DNA of 64,000 bases from Octopus sinensis (taxonomy: Eukaryota), in NCBI RefSeq assembly GCF_006345805.1, contig NC_043010.1, forward strand, positions 3,472,001-3,536,000. The letters are read 5' to 3'. Below, piece after piece: positions 38,796 to 51,225 of this stretch. Both the position numbers and the translations under genes were made by a program. The notes below the pieces were generated by a model. It ran no database searches and had not been told where the DNA came from. It saw only the letters and a list, made by a program, of their open reading frames with translations. How positions within the stretch are numbered: position 1 is the stretch's first letter; each line of letters opens with the position of its first letter.

Positions 38796-39447
38796 TAAAT
38801 TTTATAAATATTGATCATTGATGAGTATTAAAATATATCGGGCCCCTACATTAAATATGTTAGCTATTTTTATGGCTACAACATTTTCAGTTTCAATTTT
38901 GTACTATTTAATGTAATATTATTGTAAGAAAAATGTTCAAGTAGGAAAAATAAAATACAATGACATTTTAGCAATATTTTTTTTCTTCTTTTAGATAATT
39001 ATATAATTGAGTTTAGTTACAGTGATGTAAGTCTAATGGCTGAGAGGACATCCTTCTTCTAATCCAGTCATTATCATACAACAGACAGTTTATTTCTTTA
39101 TATAATTATATTATTTAGTTAAGTTTCATAAAAAGGATGGGGAGAAAAACATTTTAAAAAATTGATGCAAGAATTATCTTATTGATTTATAAATATTGTG
39201 TATATTGTGAGATTGTTGTTCATCACAATCCTGTACAGAATCACTCAACTTTTACTTTAAAGAAAAACAAATAGAATAATTAATAAAAATGCCAAGGTAA
39301 AAAAATTGCTAAATTGAATTTTTTGATAGAGACACCTGACCATCAGCTTCAATACAAAACCAAGCAAACAAATGACCTGTAAGAAATAGAAGTGAAATCT
39401 CTCCTCAAATCAGCTTTAAAGGTTCAAGTAACACATTCACACATTAT

Positions 39448-39635
39448 TATCATCATCATCATCGTTTAACGTCCATTTTCCATGCTAGCACGGGTTGGAT
39501 GGTTCAACCGGGGTCTGGGAAGTCGGGAAGCTGCGCCAGGCCCAGTCTGATCTGCCAGTGTTTCTACGGCTGGATGCCCTTCCTAACACCAACCACTCTG
39601 TGTGTGTAGTGGGTGCTTTTGATGTGTCACCGCAC
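39448..39635 (-). mobile_element. 3' part of a family D repeat
   Basis: catcatcatcgtttaacgtccattttccatgctagcacgggttggatgg.. Confidence 0.8.
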
Positions 39636-39637
39636 AC

Positions 39638-39691
<54 letters not shown>

Positions 39692-39889
39692 TGTATATAT
39701 GTATGTATGTATAAATATGTATATACACACATGGCTGGCTTTTACACAGTTTCCATCTACCAAATTCACTCACAGCATTGGTTGGCCCAGGGATATATAT
39801 ATTTATATATACATATGTATATGATGGATTCTCTCATCACGAACGACATATGAAGGTTCAGTAATAATATAGAGTAGTGATCATGCTCT

Positions 39890-40330
39890 ATGGACACGAG
39901 TGTGTCTCTTGAGGCACCTTTTGGCAAATGGAACAAGTTGAGGACTCATTTTATGTGAGTGTTTACACATCTTTTGCTATGTGTTTTCTTGAGTGGACAG
40001 CAAGGCTTGCTTTGCTGCATGCCACAAAACAACAACGACAGGTAGGTTTTCATTTAGAGAAGCAGAGTTTTGCCAGCATCCTTTCATGTTTACAAGAAGT
40101 TGGTGCCAATGTTGGAACTGAGGAGAAGCATGACTGGTGCCAGGTCCTCTGTTCTGATGCTTTGCTTTTCCAGTATGCAATGAGAATGTTGGATCACTTC
40201 AGATTGCTTTTTTTAGTTTGTCTTTGAAGTGCAAGAGTGGCCTTCCAACTGATCTTCTTGTTGGGAAGTGGTGAAAGGGAAGCTGCTTCAGAATTCTGAT
40301 ATCACTCATACATGAGAGATGACCTTACCA
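39890..40330 (-). mobile_element. Decayed 3' fragment of an RTE-type LINE
   Basis: Minus-strand LHFKDKLK..WKSKASEQRTW..TCRCCFVACSKASLAVHSRKH resembles the RTE C-terminus with its Cys/His motif; frameshifted. Confidence 0.55.
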
Positions 40331-40515
40331 CCTGAGCCGTCTAAGCTATTTTCTATTTCTATTTCTATGTCTTGTTATATTTGTAATATATTATGTATAA
40401 TGTCATTGCTGTTGTGTAATGGTTTAATAAAGTATTGATTGGGTATTATCTGATGGTTGATGATTGATTTAGGTATGTTTCTCCATTTTCTCATTTTGTG
40501 TATATATATATATAT

Positions 40516-40717
40516 ATTACGGAGATGTACTTGCATAGCAAGTGATTTGATCTGAGTTCGTGTGCTGGAACGAAAACAATTGCAGCGTGGAAGGTGTTTG
40601 TAAGCCATTTAAGAAACACACAAAAGCCGTTCGATTCACTTCAACATTTAAGTTTAATTTGTCAAAATATTTTCGTCACTATAAGACCGCGACCTGTTCA
40701 CTGACAAAAATCCGTGC

Positions 40718-40720
<3 letters not shown>
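40516..40720 (-). mobile_element. Short dispersed element (possible solo pseudo-LTR or retrozyme-like unit) between (TA)n tracts
   Basis: 40516-40654 recurs at 58023-58161 with about 4 substitutions; carries a hammerhead-type fold. Confidence 0.7.
40658..40708 (-). ncRNA. Minimal type I hammerhead-like fold with a G3-C8 core variant
   Basis: UUUGUCA GUGAACA G GUCGC-loop-GUGAC GAAA AUAUUU UGACAAA; 7-bp stem I, 5-bp stem II, palindromic AAUAUU stem III. Confidence 0.6.
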
Positions 40721-40795
<75 letters not shown>

Positions 40796-41614
40796 GAGTG
40801 AGAGAGAGAGAGATGTATACATATATTTCCACACATACATATATTTATATATACATATAAACATACATACATACATATATATAAATATACATACACAGAT
40901 TATATATATATATACATAACTTCGTTAGCAAAGATGTGGTAATGAAGTATTCGATACCTATCTGAATAAAACAGTGACCTACATTCACTAGCATAGCTAG
41001 GGGAAGGGCAGTTGGGGCGGATTCACCTGAGGATCACGTACAAGTGCAAGTAAACGACAAAACATGGTTATCAGCAACTGTCAAAGACAAAAGGGTTTAA
41101 GACGAGACAGATGGAAAGAAATACGGGAGAAAGCGACGACACTTTTGTCCATCGAAAGAGACTGACAACCAATTCAAAGAACAGCAGCATCGGTCTCATG
41201 AATTGTACTGTGAAGGACCAACTGAACCTGACCCTGTGGAGCAGCCGACCCCAAATAAGCTGTTGTTTCCATGCTAGCATGGAAAACGGATGATGATGAT
41301 GATGATGATGATGATGGTGATTGTGGTGTAACATAGTGAGTTACTTCCCTTGAACGTTAATATTACTTATTTGTCCCAGTGGACGAAGAATCGCGTCATT
41401 AGTGATTGTTTCATACTCTGTAAATTGGGCAAAATTTGTGCTTAAAGTTTATGAAGCACGTGCCCATCCTGGCAATTCAAATAAAATTTTAGGAAAGTGG
41501 CAGTTTTATATTGGGATCTAATTTGGTGTTTATTGTTTTGAACTGCATTTCGTATTTAATGTTGAGCTTGCATAACAGAACTATTACTGTATTCGATGGC
41601 TTACGGGGCGCACA

Positions 41615-42000
41615 ATTATAATAATAATAATAATAATAAAACATTGTGTACAGTGCTCAGGTGCACTACAACTCATCTAAAGTATATGTATAGTACATAG
41701 GGTAATGTACAAGCGTCAGGAAAAGAACAGTGCATGAGTCATGACACACATATGTGTATGAATATGGAGGGGGACAATCAGGTGTAGTTTCGGTGGATTT
41801 CGGAAAGCATGAGGGCCTTAAAGGATGCAGGGTCATGGCAGTCAACAACTGACGCAGGCAGTTTGTTCCATGCTTCAGCAACTCTGAGCGTGAAAAAATG
41901 TTTCCGAAGATCATGGGAGCTGTGCTGTTTTCTGACTTTGTAGGCATGTCCACGTGTGTTGGACACATGGAGATCAAAAAGGTGTTCAGTGTTGTTGTTG
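41615..42000 (-). mobile_element. 3' end of a CR1-type LINE with an (ATT)n tail
   Basis: TRGHAYKVRKQ..RKHFFTLRVAEAWNKLP..FK is the typical CR1 C-terminus; tail at 41618-41640. Confidence 0.85.
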
Positions 42001-42810
42001 GTGATGTCACAAGAAAGAATGGAAAGTCATCTTGAGTCTTATATGCGAAGTTACTTTAAATATAATATGCTTTAATGTTTAGCAGGGAGACCAAACTGAT
42101 AGTCTGGTAACCCGCTAAAATAAACATTAAAAATGGGAAGGAGAAAATAAATGACTTTGCAAGTTTAACTCAGTGTTTATTGAACAAGAGAGGCGCGAAA
42201 TTTAAGAAACAACTTGTTAGAATATACATGTCTGTTAGGAGACATAGACAAGAATAGCAAAAATCTACCATACCAAAAGAACTGGTAATACATACATTAC
42301 AAGTGTCCTATGAAGAGAACATAAGACTGCTGCATAATTCAACATAATGTGAATCGACATTAAACATCGTATAAGGCAAATGAAGGTTTCTGTGGGGAAG
42401 CTAAAAGTCATATTCACTAAGTGAGGATGAATTATGTCGTCGGCGATAGATGCAGTAAGAGCTGGTAGCGGCGATATTGGAGGTGATGGATTTCATTATG
42501 TCGTAACGCGGAGAAGGCGAGCAATAGCTTCCCGGTGGCAATGCAAGCTAGACTTCCAAGTCTAGAAAATAAGAATGGACAACAGGTGTCAGTTGCATGA
42601 TATATATGGGGAAAAAATGGAAAGATGTGGCAGGAGAGTTGAGAATGAGTGACTCTTCTTGATTGTAAGCCATAGAAGTAAGGCAAAGGCTTCAGTGGCG
42701 GACCGGGGCTTGCGGGGTCGAAGCTGAACCCGGTTCCCACTCCACTGTATTGTCCCATTATTTTGTGTTTTCATCCGTTTTATGTAATAATTTTTATAAT
42801 ATTATCATGA

Positions 42811-42954
42811 TAAGTAGCTTGCTAACCAACCACATGGTTCCGGGTTCAGTCCCACTGCGTGGCATCTTGGGCAAGTGTCTTCTGCTATAGCCCCGGGCCG
42901 ACCAATGCCTTGTGAGTAGATTTGGTAGACGGAAACTGAAAGAAGCCTGTCGTA

Positions 42955-42995
<41 letters not shown>

Positions 42996-43201
42996 ATGTG
43001 TTTGTGTGCCTGTGCTTGTCCCCCTAGCATTGCTTGACAGCCGATGCTGGTGTGTTTACGTCCCCGTCACCTAGCGGTTCGGCAAAAGAGACCGATAGAA
43101 TAAGTACTGGGTTTACAAAGAATAAGTCCCGGGGTCGATTTGCTCGACTAAAGGCGGTGCTCCAGCATGGCCACAGTCAAATGACTGAAACAAGTAAAAG
43201 A
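42811..43201 (+). mobile_element. SINE, family A (5'-truncated)
   Basis: Match from taagtagcttgc to caagtaaaag. Confidence 0.92.
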
Positions 43202-45697
43202 ATAATGTAATAATCATTCGTGACCCCCACTGTGTATTTGTATTGACCCCTTCTGTGTTGGCCTCTGATAGGCAATAAAGAAAGTAATATGTGCTTTAGC
43301 CATTCCATTCTGCTACAAATGTTCTAAAAACTCTTCTTTCTGAAAACGCACTGCTGAAATTGGAGTGCATCTGGTATGCCTGTGCATCTTTTATGCCATC
43401 AAATACAGTGTCCCTTAATATGCTAATGTGTGGAATTAAGGTTGCGGGTTTGATTTCTGGACCAAGTAGTATTGTGTTCTTGAACAATGCACTCCATTTA
43501 ACATTGTTCCAGTTTACACAGTTAATGCACTCCTCTTTGATAATCACATCCTGGTCTCCCACTAGAGCTAGGGGAAGACCAGCCGAGAAAGTATGGTACA
43601 CCTTACCAAGCTATACTCGCTTGTGGGTGACGGCTATGATTCTATTTTCCGATACTTTTAATCTCTTGTTAATTTTATTGTTTCTGTTTAACTCTAAGCC
43701 AACCTTGCTAGAACAGACCAATGATAATTTTCATAATTTTCGTGCTTATGGGATTACATTATTTATGTATCTATTTAAATCGGTTGGGTATGATTCTGAG
43801 GAAGATTTGGTGGAGAAATAGTTGTTTAGCCACAGTTCAGTCTTTACTGTGCAAACTTATAACCAAAAGCATTTCAAACATGACCGCTCCGGTTTGTATT
43901 CTGAGAGATTTGTATTCTCATGACTATATTACCAAAAGTGTTTCCCATCTTTTTCTTTTTTTGTAGGGGCTGTAAGGTGTGTTATGAGAGATAGATCTGG
44001 TCGAAAGACCACGTAAAAGCTAGCCTCTAGACGGGGAAGCTGCTAGAAAGAGTAGAAGTGCTTAATAAATGTCACATAATTCTGTGCTATGAGTTCAAAT
44101 CTCACTGGAATCGACTTTTCACTAATTCTTTCTGAGGTCGATAAAATCAATATATCAAATATACAACAGAAGCGATGCATCAAATTTATCCATCAACTAC
44201 AATTTTGTAGCTTTGTAACCGTGTACTGATCGATATAAGTAATGATTATACTTCGTATAAGTTGCTGATTTGATCAAGTAGACGTATATAATTAAAGGCT
44301 TTTCAGCCATGACCACCCAGTCTTTTTAAGAAAATATAAGGTTACATTTTGTAATATGGTCTTTCGGTACTACTTTAGAGTGCCGTTTACTGTAGTATCC
44401 ATAGTCTATGCCGTGAAATAGCTTTATTTATGTTAGGTTTAATATTATGGCTGGGTTAGTTTGCATGCTAAAGTGCAAATGACCAGGTAGACCATATGCT
44501 AAAGTGATACCATTCATTCTTTATCTAAGATGGTAGGGTATGATTTGGTCGCTGTTTTTAGCAAATCAACTGCACTTATAGAGACACATTTTTCTAAGTA
44601 GCTAGTAGAGCAACATTCCATTAAATATCAATTGTTTCTAATGCAGACACGGTCAGGATTTAGCAGGAAGAGGGTCATTGATTAAATCCACATCAGTACT
44701 TCTGCAGTACTCGATCGGTATTTTATTTTATCGAAATAAGTGGGATGAAAGTCAAAGGTGACTTTGGTGTAATTTGAATGCAGAATGTTAAAAGCCAGAG
44801 AAAGAAAAAGAAAAGTTTATGACATGACATTTTACGATACGCAAATGATTCTGTCAACAATGCACCACCTTTCTTCCTGCCAATCAAAAGAAGAATTATA
44901 AGAATGCGAGATAAATTCTGATATTTAAAGCAAAATTTAAAAAATGAAAGTCACTGACTCCAAACCTACACAAATTATATATTTTTTCTGATAATGAATG
45001 TTATATAATATATTTGTCAAAATGTATACTAGTGGGGCTTCATTTTGACATGCCACCTCTCCTATTTTATTATAAAACTGAAATCTACTATAATGGAAAC
45101 TAATATCTGAGATAAACTGTAGCGCTGTTGTAGTAATGCTCAGGTTAAGTCTGATGAAGGAGACCGAAGATGAAAAGTATTCCAACCGTGACCGTCCTAT
45201 TGTTTTTCCAGACAGTGTATCAATAACAACTTTATGCCATTTGTACAGACGGATAATTCAAAATATTCCTTTTCCAAAATAAACGGACGGAACTTAACAA
45301 GAATTCTAAATCTGAAACTAAACCACTATTAAAAACAACTTCTCCATACGAATTACCCAAGAGCAAGTCTGTTTGAAGAGCTGCAAACAGTGGAAGCGCT
45401 TTACGTAAAACAAGGTCTAATTTCCAAAACGCTCGTGTAATTCAGTTCCTTTTTTTTTTTTTTTAGATTTCTATATATTTTCAAAATTTTTTGTAATTCA
45501 AGTAAATCCTTCTTCAAATATTGAGATTAATAAGAACTTTTTGCCAAAACTTACGCACGCGCTTGTGCTTACATGTGTGTCTGTAGTGTTTATCTTCTTG
45601 AAACTAGATTTTCGTTTAGTCATTTGCTCTCTTGGCATATGGACATGAACAAAACTAAACTTTTAATTTGTTTACTAACATATATATTAGTAAATAT

Positions 45698-46000
45698 ATG
45701 GCCCAGTGGTTAGGGCAGCGAACTCACGGTTGTAGGATCGTGGTTTCGATTCCCAGACCGGGCGTTGTGAGTGTTTATTGAGCGAAAACACCCAAAAGCT
45801 CCACGAGGCTCCGACAGGGGGTGGTGGTGATCCCTGCTGTACTCTTTCACCACAACTTTCTCTCACCCTTTCTTCTGTTGGCCTGCTCACTTAGCCAGCG
45901 GGGTGGCGTCATTTGAAGGCTAAAACAATGCGAAGCGCATTGTGACCAGCGATGCATAGCAACATCTGATAGCCTGGTCGGTCATGGTGATCACGGTGAT
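45698..46000 (+). mobile_element. SINE, family B head with tail type iii
   Basis: atggcccagtggttagggcagcg..gttggcctgctcacttagccagcgggg..ctgatagcctggtcggtca. Confidence 0.88.
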
Positions 46001-46029
46001 ATATATATAAATATAAATATATATATATA

Positions 46030-46460
46030 TTTCCTTCTTTCCTTCATATCTTCATTACCTGCTCCTCCCCTCTCTCTATCATACCTTCCTTTTTCTCTCT
46101 CCCTCTCTGTTTCATACCTCCCATATTTTCTCTCCTCTCCCTCACTCTATCTCTCCCTTTCATATCTTCCTCCTTTTCTCACTCATATACTTCTCATTTT
46201 CCCACCTCTTCTCACTCCTTCTTTCCCTTTCCCTCATATCCTTCATTCTCTCTTCTCTCTCCTTCACTCTGTCTCTCTTTCTCTTCCGCTCCTCTCCCTC
46301 CCTCTGTCTTGCTATCGCTCCATACACCCTTTCTCTTTCTTCATATCAGCCCCTCTCTTTCCTTCATATCTCCGTCTCTCTTTCTCTCTTCCTTCCTGTC
46401 TTTCTTCCTCTCTACCTTCCTCCGTCTCTCTCACTTCCTCTCTATCCTTTCCCCCCATCT
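46030..46460. repeat. ~430-bp pyrimidine-rich (CT-rich) low-complexity tract
   Basis: Plus strand almost devoid of G. Confidence 0.9.
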
Positions 46461-46499
46461 GGGCTTAGAAACCGAAGAGGGAACCAAAGTGGGAGAGCA

Positions 46500-48975
46500 A
46501 CGAATTGAATCTTCTGTTGCGAGCATGGGTGATTGATAGTGGCGATCTACCACACAACATCATCACTGCTGCACTGAAGAGCAATGGCTTCTGTAGAACC
46601 ACTGAGCAGGCAGAGCGGAAGAAAAATGAATTCATCCGATCCTATGCTCTTAGACCACACATTGACACTCTTGATGTCATCATGGAAAACTGTTGTGGCA
46701 AGGCTGATAAAGATGGGCGATTTCAACTTCTCCAATGTCAAATGGCCTGAAGACCTCATGCTCTCAGGAATGACTCATTGTAAATAAGCACAGGTGGAGT
46801 CCTTGCTCAACATCACCAATGGAGCGAATTGTACTCAGACCAACTAGGGCGTATAACATTTTGGATTTCTGCTTCACAAACAATATGGACATTGTTCATG
46901 ATATGAAAGTGACGCCGACAGTAGTTTCGGATCACAACATAGTAGAGGTGTCTAAGTATGGACCAAAACTAGCCATAGACGAATAGCCTAAAGGAAGCAC
47001 CCTAAATCTCTCCAATCTGAACTTCCACAAAGCAGATTGGAAATTGACCCAAAAAGTGATCCTCAGACAGAACTGGCCAAAATGTCTCTCCACACCAGAC
47101 ATTGACATAAAACTAGAATATTTTATGTCTTTTATGCAAACCATATGCCAGAAATATGTCCCAGAGCACGACGCCAACACAAAAAGGAACAAGATTCCAA
47201 GGGAGAGAAAGATCCTCAAGAGACGACTGACGAAGGTTGCAAATCGCTTCAATCAACATTCCAAAAGTAGTGAAAGGCCCCGCCTAAAAACAACACTGAT
47301 GGAGATTGAAAAAAAGCCTGCAACAATCCTATGTGAGAGAGAGAGCAAACAAAGAATCCTGGGTTATAAAAAAACATTAAGTCAAACCCCAAGGCCTTCT
47401 TTCATTATGCCAAAGAAACAGATGCAGTACGCTGCAGAATAGGATCACTCTCCCAAAAGGATGACTCTCTTACAGATAGCCCAACCAGGATCAGTGAGGT
47501 ACTGAATGACCAGTTCAAAAGTGTTTTTACCACCCCGTTAGAACACAGACAAGTGACTAAACCAGTGGATTTCTTTGCCGCCTCACCTATAACCAGCGAG
47601 GCAATTACGATGGAATACATCGACATTAGCGAAGAAGATATACTACTCGCCATAGATGAGGTGGACGCAAACTCAACTGCTGGTCCTTATGGTTTCCCAG
47701 CAATCCTCCTCAAATCGTGTAAGCTTGCCCTGGCGAAACTTCTACAGATTCTCTTCTAGAGCTTTCTTGCAAATGGCAGACTGCTAAGCATGCTGAAGGA
47801 GGGAATAATATGCCCAATCCATAAAGGGGGAAGCGGAACAGATGCCAAAAACTATAGGCCTAATCTCTCTTACTTCACACATCAGCAAAGTGATTGAACG
47901 GATAGTTAGAGGGAAACTAATCACATTCCTTGAAGAAAACAACTTGCTGAGGGATACCCAGCAAGACTTTCGACCAGGTAGGAGCTGTCTGACCCAGCTC
48001 TTACAGCATCATCACTGGGTGTTGAGGCAGTGACTCAACAAAATTCAAATGTGGACGTAATATACCTTGACTTTGCAAAAGCTTTTTGACAAAGTGGATC
48101 ATAGTATTATGTGCCACAAACTGCGTGACCTTGGCATAGATGGAAAATTCAGAGAGTGGTTACATGACTTTCTGAAAGATAGAAGTCAGGCAGTAGTGGC
48201 CAATGGAGCCACCTCAAAGAAAACACATATAGTGCCCTGTGGAAATAGCCTCAGTACTCTGCAGAATAAAGGACGACTCCCTTATAGATGCTTTTCATAG
48301 TGGCCCCCTCAGATATGCCTTTAGCTGTCCGGATAGCCACCCTTGCTAGCTATGCAGACGATACGAAAGTCTAACACAAAATACAGAACCCCAGCGATGT
48401 TACACACTTGCAGCAGGAGTTGGACTCAATTTACAAATGGGCTGAGGATAATGATATGCAGATTAATGCTGAAAAATTCCAAACCCTGCATTACCAGCGT
48501 CCAAAACTGAATATAAAACTGACAGGCTACAGTAGTCCACAAGGGATTACAATCCTAGAGCCTAAATCAGTGAGGGATCTGGGTATCGACATGAGTGATG
48601 ATACCTCTTTCCAAGTGTACATTACCAGGATGGCGGAAAAGTGCAGACGACTGGCTGGCTTGATTCTGAGAACGTTCAGGACCAGAGAAAAGAAAACCAT
48701 GATGGTACTCTGGAGGACATTCGTCCTCAGCTGCCTTGATTACTGCTTCCAGCAATGGTCACCCAATAGTGTAAAATTAACAGCGGACCTTGAAGCAATA
48801 CAGCGAAGCTTCACAAAGAAGATCGTCTTGTTGTAACTGCTCAGCTACTGGGAAAGACCGAAGCAGCTAAGACTCTATTCCCTGGAGAGTTATGCAATCG
48901 TATACATCTTGAAGATCCTAGAAGGAATTGTGCCAAATTTTGGCATTGAAAGCTACACCAATGCCAGAACGGAGC
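46500..48975 (+). mobile_element. Decayed CR1-clade LINE ORF2 (APE and RT remnants)
   Basis: MGDFNFSNVKWP, SDHNIV, AGPYGFP, YRPISLTSHISKVIERIV, FRPGRSCLTQL, YLDFAK(A)FDKV, YADDTK, LQQELDSIYKW, VRDLGI, LDYC..WSP and LEAIQRSFTK in order; many stops and frameshifts. Confidence 0.92.
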
Positions 48976-50045
48976 TGAAACTACAATATATACATATATG
49001 TATTGCAGCATAAAATTTCTGTACATTTTCCTTCTTTTATAATTTTTTTACTGCAATTTACCACTTGGGATTTTTGCTCAAACCTCTTCACTATATTCAC
49101 AATTTTGCTAAACAAAGGCGGCTCTCTAGCATGGCAACTAGATGAAACAAGTTAAAGTAATCATTAATTAAAATATCGGACTTCGGTTCACAAGTAATTT
49201 CTGAGGTATTCAAAGCTAAAACTCAGTTAAGTAATCATGGAAGCTAACTTTGTCACAAAGCCAGCAATCTAGAGGAAAGCGGGTTACTTGATACCATCGA
49301 CCTTGGTACTGTATTTTATCCAACACAGTGGGATGAAAGGCAAAATTGACTTCAGTGAGTTTTCAATTCAAAATGTAAAAGAGCAGGAATAAATAGCGCA
49401 AAGACATTTTTGTAGATAACAAAATCAAAACGATCATCCATATTTTGAATTTTGTTAATCGTAATTCGTCGAAATAATAACAAAACATTATCTAAATCTC
49501 AACAAGAATACTACTTGGAAAGAAAAAAATGCCGATAATACATATCTATAAGATCATTCAATCTGTATTCTGTCAGAAAAGAAAAATTATGGTATTAGGA
49601 GCTTAAAATCTCACATTAATCAGTGAGCCAGTTTTGAATTATCGGTCTAGCGTTTTTATGCGATCATAAATTCTCTACTTTTATCCAATACATTAATATT
49701 GGCATTTATTTCATTCCTCCTTTCCATGTCTTAAATGAAAACGGTGAAAGGTAAAGTATTTAAAATAAAAAAAAACTACTACTGAGCTCATTTTACACAG
49801 GCTATTTACCGATGAGCACATACATGTTTGATTGTATCCAAAGTAAAATAAATTTGAAAATATTTCAACTAAATTTTTTTCTCGAGTGCCCTTCAGCAAC
49901 TGAACAGCAACGAAGAGATAACTTCAAGTAGAGCTCAAGCGCAACATTGCCCAGAACATTCTCAATCAAACTGTTTTACAAATCTTTGTGACGAGCACTA
50001 TGGTTGCTGAATAGGCTAACAGTAGCAGATTCTGCTACTTTTCAG

Positions 50046-50210
50046 AACTGCACGTAGTGGGACTGAACTCGTAACCATGTAGCTGAGAAGCAAACTTCTT
50101 ACCATATATTTGTGGGCAAGAGTTTTCTACTATAACTTCATGCCAATCAAAGTCTGGTGAGTGGAGTTGATTGACAGAAACTGAAAGAAGCCCATCGTAT
50201 ATACATATAT
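50046..50210. mobile_element. Degenerate family A-like SINE with an inverted 5' head
   Basis: 50046-50105 reads as the head on the minus strand; 50112-50210 reads as the body on the plus strand. Confidence 0.6.
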
Positions 50211-50387
50211 GAAAAAGGAAAAGAACGACTTCACTGGTAGTTCTAATCAATTTAATTTTTTTATAATATAATTTTGCAGTTTGGTTTGTAGATTTAGTAA
50301 GTTCTTTGTTAACCAAATTGTAAAATTATATTATCAAAAAATTAAATTGATTAGAACTACCAGTGAAGTCGTTCTTTTCCTTTTTCA
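50210..50387. repeat. 178-bp near-perfect fold-back hairpin
   Basis: tgaaaaaggaaaagaacgacttcactggtagttctaatcaatttaatt.. pairs with ..aattaaattgattagaactaccagtgaagtcgttcttttcctttttca. Confidence 0.92.
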
Positions 50388-50479
50388 AATTTCTGTACCA
50401 AGAAATTCACACATTTTCATATATATATATATATATATATATATGTTACATGAAGCTAAATATATTGTAGCGTCGATAT

Positions 50480-50850
50480 GTACGATCTTTGTGGACCCAG
50501 AAGGTGAGTTGGTCGTTCTGGATTTAACATTCAGGGGTAAAACCTTCAGGTTGATTGGCATTTACGTGCCTAGCACGGTTGGCAAACGGAATGATTTCTG
50601 TCGACGCCTGGAGAGATTTCTTGTGACGTCAAAGACACTACTGAAACTAGGAGACTACAACGCTATTCTGGATGCACGCCAGGATAGCGTGGGGTCGAAC
50701 AATAGAAAGAGTAACTCACGCATCGTTGATCTGCTGAAGCGATTTAGGCTGGCAGATCGATACAGACTTGTTAATCCGAGCGTTCCAATGTGGACTTGAA
50801 GTAACAATGACGGATGTATTAGGTCTTATATAGATAGTATTATAGTTAAT
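50480..50850 (+). mobile_element. APE endonuclease fragment of an L1/Tx1-like LINE
   Basis: DPEGELVVLD..FRLIGIYVP..LGDYNAILD..D..LADRYRLVNP..WT*..RSYID follows the L1/Tx1 APE motif order; in-frame stop present. Confidence 0.8.
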
Positions 50851-50936
50851 TCTAGAGATAAGGCTAGGAAACACTTCAAGGTGGTACCCCTGCATGGTCG
50901 CTTTCCAATGACTGAATCAATTAATATGTGTGTGTG

Positions 50937-51191
50937 TGTGGAGGCGCGTGGCTTAGTGGTTAGGGTGTCAGTACCATGATCGTAAGATTGTGGTTTCGAT
51001 TCCTGGACTGGGAGACGCTTTGTGTTCTTGAGCAAAACACTTCATTTCACGTTGTTCCAGTCCACTCAGCTGACAAGAAGGAGTAACGCTGTGATGGACT
51101 GGCTTCCCGTCCAGCTGGGGAACACATACGCCACAGAAACTGGGAAACCAGGCCCATGAGCCTGGCTAGGCTTTAACAGGGCGCATTTATT

Positions 51192-51192
<1 letters not shown>
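50937..51192 (+). mobile_element. SINE, family F head with tail type iv
   Basis: gtggaggcgcgtggcttagtggttaggg..tgtgttcttgagcaaaacactt..ccagtccactcagctg, then a tail unlike that of 6681-7003. Confidence 0.8.
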
Positions 51193-51224
<32 letters not shown>

Positions 51225-51225
51225 G

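Noticed and set aside
43360-43821. 153-aa ORF
   Set aside because: Non-ATG start, no motif, and composition like background.
45141-45200. CTGATGA motif
   Set aside because: No stem II closed before a GAAA; appears to be part of another dispersed repeat.
50281-50480. N-terminal part of the 172-aa ORF
   Set aside because: Derived from the hairpin arm and a (TA)n run; only the downstream APE part is meaningful.
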